DNA of 64,000 bases from an uncultured delta proteobacterium (GTDB lineage: Bacteria; Desulfobacterota; Binatia; UBA9968). How positions within the stretch are numbered: the stretch's first letter is position 1; the number at the start of each line of letters is the position of its first letter. The position numbers were made by a program, and so were the translations under genes. The DNA lies in NCBI GenBank assembly GCA_963804165.1, contig CAWDPO010000043.1:224001-288000 (forward strand), written 5' to 3'. Shown piece by piece: positions 60,636-64,000 of this stretch. A model generated the notes under the pieces. The model worked only from the letters and a program-made list of their open reading frames with translations, was not told the DNA's origin and did not search any database.

Positions 60636-61961
60636 TCACGAGACGCCAAGATCGCGCACGACCGGCGCACGCCAGGCCACCAAGCCGGCCATCAATATCA
60701 CTGCGATCCCCATGTAGCTCACCGTCGCCGGGGCGCCGATCCAGTGGGCGCTGAATCCAGCCGTCAGAGCGCCGATCGGCATCAAGCCGCGGTCGAGCGC
60801 ATAGATGCTCATCACGCGTCCACGCAAATGATCCGGCACGATCACCTGGAGCATGGTATTGGTCGTCGCCATATAAAATATCTGAAATGCGCCGATGGTC
60901 ACCAACGACAAGACCGCCAAAGGAAAGGAGGTCGTCCAAGCAAACATATTCATGGCGACCCCCAGCGCCGCCAAACTCGCGAGCATCAAGACACCCTGGC
61001 GTCGGACGCGATTGGCCAGCCCGGCCAGCAGCAGCCCCGCCAACATCGCCCCCAATCCCGGCGCCGCGAGCATGATTCCCAAGCCTTCCGGCCCCACCTT
61101 GAGCACGTCTTTTTGAAAAACCGGCATCAACGTTTGATACGGCATCGCACAGATGCGCGGCACAAGCGCGGCGGTGAGCAGCGCGAACACCGTGGGGTTG
61201 GACCAGATGTAGAGCAGACCTTCTTTCAGGTTCGCCAGCGCCGACGAACGCACGGCCTCCGTCGGCGCCGGCGGGATAACCATCCAATGGATCGAGATCA
61301 ATACGGCGGCATACGCCGCGCCCTGAACGAAAAAATTTCCCGCGGCGCCGAATGCCACGATCAGCAACCCGCCGATCGAGGGACCGATGACCTTGGTCAT
61401 ATTGAAAGCGGCCGAGTTGAGCGCCACGGCGTTGATCAAATCCTCCTTGGGCACGAGCGTCGGCACCATGCTCTGACGCACCGGGTCGGTGAACGCCCAC
61501 GCAATCGCCGTGATCAAGGTGAAGGCGAATAGGTGCCAGACCGTCCCTATGCCCACGGCGACGAGCACGCCCATTCCCAAGGTCGCCGTCATCAACACGT
61601 ACTGTGCAGCCGTGAGAATTTTTTTGCGGTCGGCGCGATCTGCGACGACACCAGCGATCGGGCTGGCGATCAAAAAAGGCAGAGCCCGCAAACCATTGAG
61701 CGCGCCGAGCAGCACGGCAGAGCCGGTCAGATCGTAAAGCAACCAGCCCAGGGTTACCTGCTGGATCCATTGTCCGGCGCTCATGAATACGGTACCGAAC
61801 CAGAGGTAGCGGTAGTTGGCGTGGCGCAATGAGGAAAAAGTTTTGCCGAGTATGCTTTGGGTCACGGTTGCTGTCTCGGCCGGTTCGAGAGTCACTGGAT
61901 CTTTCAACGAGGGAACTTTCTTTCTTGCGGGGCTCGTCCACATGCGCATGAGCCAGCGCAC
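60636..61961 (-). CDS. MFS transporter (MFS_3-like)
   Basis: About 12 TM helices, GVVADRADRKK, NAVALNS, RGRVMS. Confidence 0.92.
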   Translation of the reverse strand: MRWLMRMWTSPARKKVPSLKDPVTLEPAETATVTQSILGKTFSSLRHANYRYLWFGTVFMSAGQWIQQVTLGWLLYDLTGSAVLLGALNGLRALPFLIASPIAGVVADRADRKKILTAAQYVLMTATLGMGVLVAVGIGTVWHLFAFTLITAIAWAFTDPVRQSMVPTLVPKEDLINAVALNSAAFNMTKVIGPSIGGLLIVAFGAAGNFFVQGAAYAAVLISIHWMVIPPAPTEAVRSSALANLKEGLLYIWSNPTVFALLTAALVPRICAMPYQTLMPVFQKDVLKVGPEGLGIMLAAPGLGAMLAGLLLAGLANRVRRQGVLMLASLAALGVAMNMFAWTTSFPLAVLSLVTIGAFQIFYMATTNTMLQVIVPDHLRGRVMSIYALDRGLMPIGALTAGFSAHWIGAPATVSYMGIAVILMAGLVAWRAPVVRDLGVS

Positions 61962-62164
61962 GGCGCGCGGCAGAATTCGTGGGCGCGATCGACAATTGAT
62001 TTGACGCTACCAGATAGCAGTTGCCGTCGTCTACTAAAGCGCGGCCAATGAAGTGTTTGTTTCATTCGATGCCCGTCATGGAAGGCCCGGGCGCGCACGG
62101 AAACGTGCCAGTGGGGAACGCGTCGAACGCTGAGACCAAACGGACTAATTCAGGTCAGAGTTTA

Positions 62165-62953
62165 CTAGTTGGATCTAGCGGCGAGAGCTGCATCATCGGC
62201 GCGGATATAACCCGGCGGGTTGCCGTGCTTTGAGCGGATCTCTAACCAATCGCCGACCGAGCGCACCACTGTCACCTGAGTTCCCTTGGCGATCTGATTC
62301 ACTATCCGGGCAGAGCCCGCCGGCTCCTCGTAAACCGAGGTCGCCCGCATCGTCTCATAGAGTCCCGGTTCGGCGGCCCGGCGCGCGCGCGGAGAAGAAG
62401 CCGAGGCGGACGCAAGCGGCGGATCAGGCGCACGCGGCGCCGTGCGTTGCGCCGTGGCTCCGCGGTTCGACGCCGAGCGGTCAATCTCGCGATTGGCGCC
62501 GCTCAACCGCGCCCGCGCCGTATTCAAGTCCTTTTCGCTCTCTTGCAATTTCGCCTTGAGCTCTTCGATCTGTCCCGTGCTGTTCTGATGTTCTTGGCGT
62601 AGTTGCGCCAGCTGCGCTTCGAGCGTCTGGATTCTTTCGTCTTTCTCCTGGAGCCCCCTTTGCTGCTCGGCCAAAACCGGCCCTAAGTCACTCCGTTCCA
62701 GGTTTCCGCCGACCAGATACACACCGAGCGCAAAAACGAGCAATCCAAAAACCAAGATCGCCTTCGATTTGACCGTAAGTTTTTCCTTCTCGGCAGGGAC
62801 AGGATGCAGCGCCGTATCTTCATCCTGCTTCGGCCATTCGGGCTCGCTCGACTGGATCAGATCTGACTTGCAGTACGGACAGATCAAAGCATCCAGCGCA
62901 ATGCTATTGGCGCAGTGCGGACAGAGTCGAGTTTGAATGGTTGCGTACGCCAT
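62165..62953 (-). CDS. Zinc-ribbon + TM + coiled-coil + SH3b protein
   Basis: CPHC...CPYC, one TM, heptad-rich stretch, GTQVTVV...GDWLEI...GYI. Confidence 0.75.
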   Translation of the reverse strand: MAYATIQTRLCPHCANSIALDALICPYCKSDLIQSSEPEWPKQDEDTALHPVPAEKEKLTVKSKAILVFGLLVFALGVYLVGGNLERSDLGPVLAEQQRGLQEKDERIQTLEAQLAQLRQEHQNSTGQIEELKAKLQESEKDLNTARARLSGANREIDRSASNRGATAQRTAPRAPDPPLASASASSPRARRAAEPGLYETMRATSVYEEPAGSARIVNQIAKGTQVTVVRSVGDWLEIRSKHGNPPGYIRADDAALAARSN

Positions 62954-63119
62954 TACTAAGGTTCCGCCATTTGGCTAACGTCGCCCGAGTGTCCCTATTC
63001 TGAATGCAATGAAACCACCGGTCAAGCCTGTTGATAACTTAGACGTTTGGGTTAGAGATTTTTAGCGCCTTGCCCGGGAAAAACCCTTGAGCTATAGAAC
63101 GAATGGAGGATTTACAAGC

Positions 63120-64000
63120 ATGGCGTTGATCATCAGCGAACCGCAGACCCGAAAACTCGTCGACATGGCCGCGGCCGTGACCCTGCTCGACAAAATGTTT
63201 CGCGATCGCGCAGCCGGCAAAATGCGCAGCGTGCCGCGCCGCCGGCTCAAAGGCAGCGAGAAACAGCTCAACATGATGGCCGCATGGCATCAAGACTCGG
63301 ATCTCATCTGCTTGCGCTCCTACGCCGCGGACGCCAATACCATCACGCTTTACCACGGTCGCAAGGGTGGCATCCAAGCGATCGTCAACATGGGCTTCTT
63401 GAGCAGCCTGCGCACCGGCGCTGCCACCGGCGTCGCCGCCAAATATCTCGCGCCGGTAAACCGCAAAGTGCTGGGCATCATCGGCCCGGGATGGCAAGCA
63501 ACTTTTCAGGTCGAAGCCGTCGCCAAGACTTGTCCCATAGAGCAAGTAGTCGTTTGGGGCCGCACGCCCAAGCGGCGGAAAGATTTCATCAAGCAGATGA
63601 GCAAGGTCGTGAAGGCCGATTGGAAAGAAGCCGACACGGTCGACGACGTCGAAGCCGTGTCCGACATCTTGATCGTCTCCACGGACTCCACGACGCCGGT
63701 GGCCACGGGCCAAAGCTTGAAAGACGAAGTGCTCATCGCATCCATCGGCGCCAACGCGACGGTCAAACACGAAGTGTCGGGTAATCTTATTCGGCGCATG
63801 GATTTGATCGTGGTCGACGACCTCGCCGCGGCCAAAGCCGACAGCGGCGATCTGGTCGAAGCCTGTCAAACCCGCATCGCGCGATGGGAAGACATCCTGC
63901 CCCTGGAAAAGATGGTCGCCGAAGGCGCGCCCCAGCCGCGGCCGAAGAGAATATTCTTTCAATCCAACGGCATTGCCGACGAAGACTTAGCCGTTGGGAA
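63120..64000 (+). CDS. Ornithine cyclodeaminase / mu-crystallin family protein, runs off the right edge
   Basis: Not in ORF track. GGAGG RBS; MALIISE...LRTGAATGVAAKYLAP...GIIGPGWQA...SIGAN...FQSNGIADEDLA. Confidence 0.9.
   Translation, partial: MALIISEPQTRKLVDMAAAVTLLDKMFRDRAAGKMRSVPRRRLKGSEKQLNMMAAWHQDSDLICLRSYAADANTITLYHGRKGGIQAIVNMGFLSSLRTGAATGVAAKYLAPVNRKVLGIIGPGWQATFQVEAVAKTCPIEQVVVWGRTPKRRKDFIKQMSKVVKADWKEADTVDDVEAVSDILIVSTDSTTPVATGQSLKDEVLIASIGANATVKHEVSGNLIRRMDLIVVDDLAAAKADSGDLVEACQTRIARWEDILPLEKMVAEGAPQPRPKRIFFQSNGIADEDLAVG

Noticed and set aside
59530-61995. 821 aa ORF as one giant protein
   Set aside because: Its first ~470 aa are an alternative frame over the MFS gene; the methyltransferase has its own RBS and start at 60579.
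63039-63962. 307 aa minus-strand ORF
   Set aside because: Antisense shadow of the plus-strand cyclodeaminase-family gene, which the track missed because it runs off the edge.

Overview
GC-rich bacterial chromosomal window. Its gene style (many orphan NitT/TauT-type binding proteins, a LigX-like Rieske oxygenase, UbiD, a deltaproteobacterial tilS-ftsH-folP-cdaA-cdaR-glmM-pdxJ block) suggests Candidatus Binatia or a relative; this is inference. About a dozen genes are split by single-base indels, most likely long-read consensus errors. Left 25 kb is accessory-rich: Rieske oxygenase, binding proteins, a truncated TIR-domain relic, a GAF histidine kinase, AsmA and MlaC-like genes behind sigma54-type promoters, 2-3 paralogs of an unnamed ~80 aa family, ackA-xfp-CBS, peptidase E and a toxin-antitoxin pair. 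It also holds a ~1980 aa protein fusing two serine lipase domains, a CHAT caspase-like protease and a TPR-like tail, the best candidate for an undescribed system. The middle has a sulfatase-maturase-like radical SAM gene, tandem HDOD genes, a divergent SdhA-like flavoprotein with a mini 2Fe-2S partner and a long housekeeping operon whose junctions carry short tandem repeats. The right end has a VapBC pair bracketed by a decayed duplicate of the attH-like gene 3' end, a rhodanese-SBP-SBP-UbiD cluster, CTAG-bounded MITEs, a methyltransferase, an MFS and an ornithine cyclodeaminase homolog. I found no rRNA, tRNA, CRISPR array, integrase or transposase. All calls come from reading motifs by eye; no database search was run.
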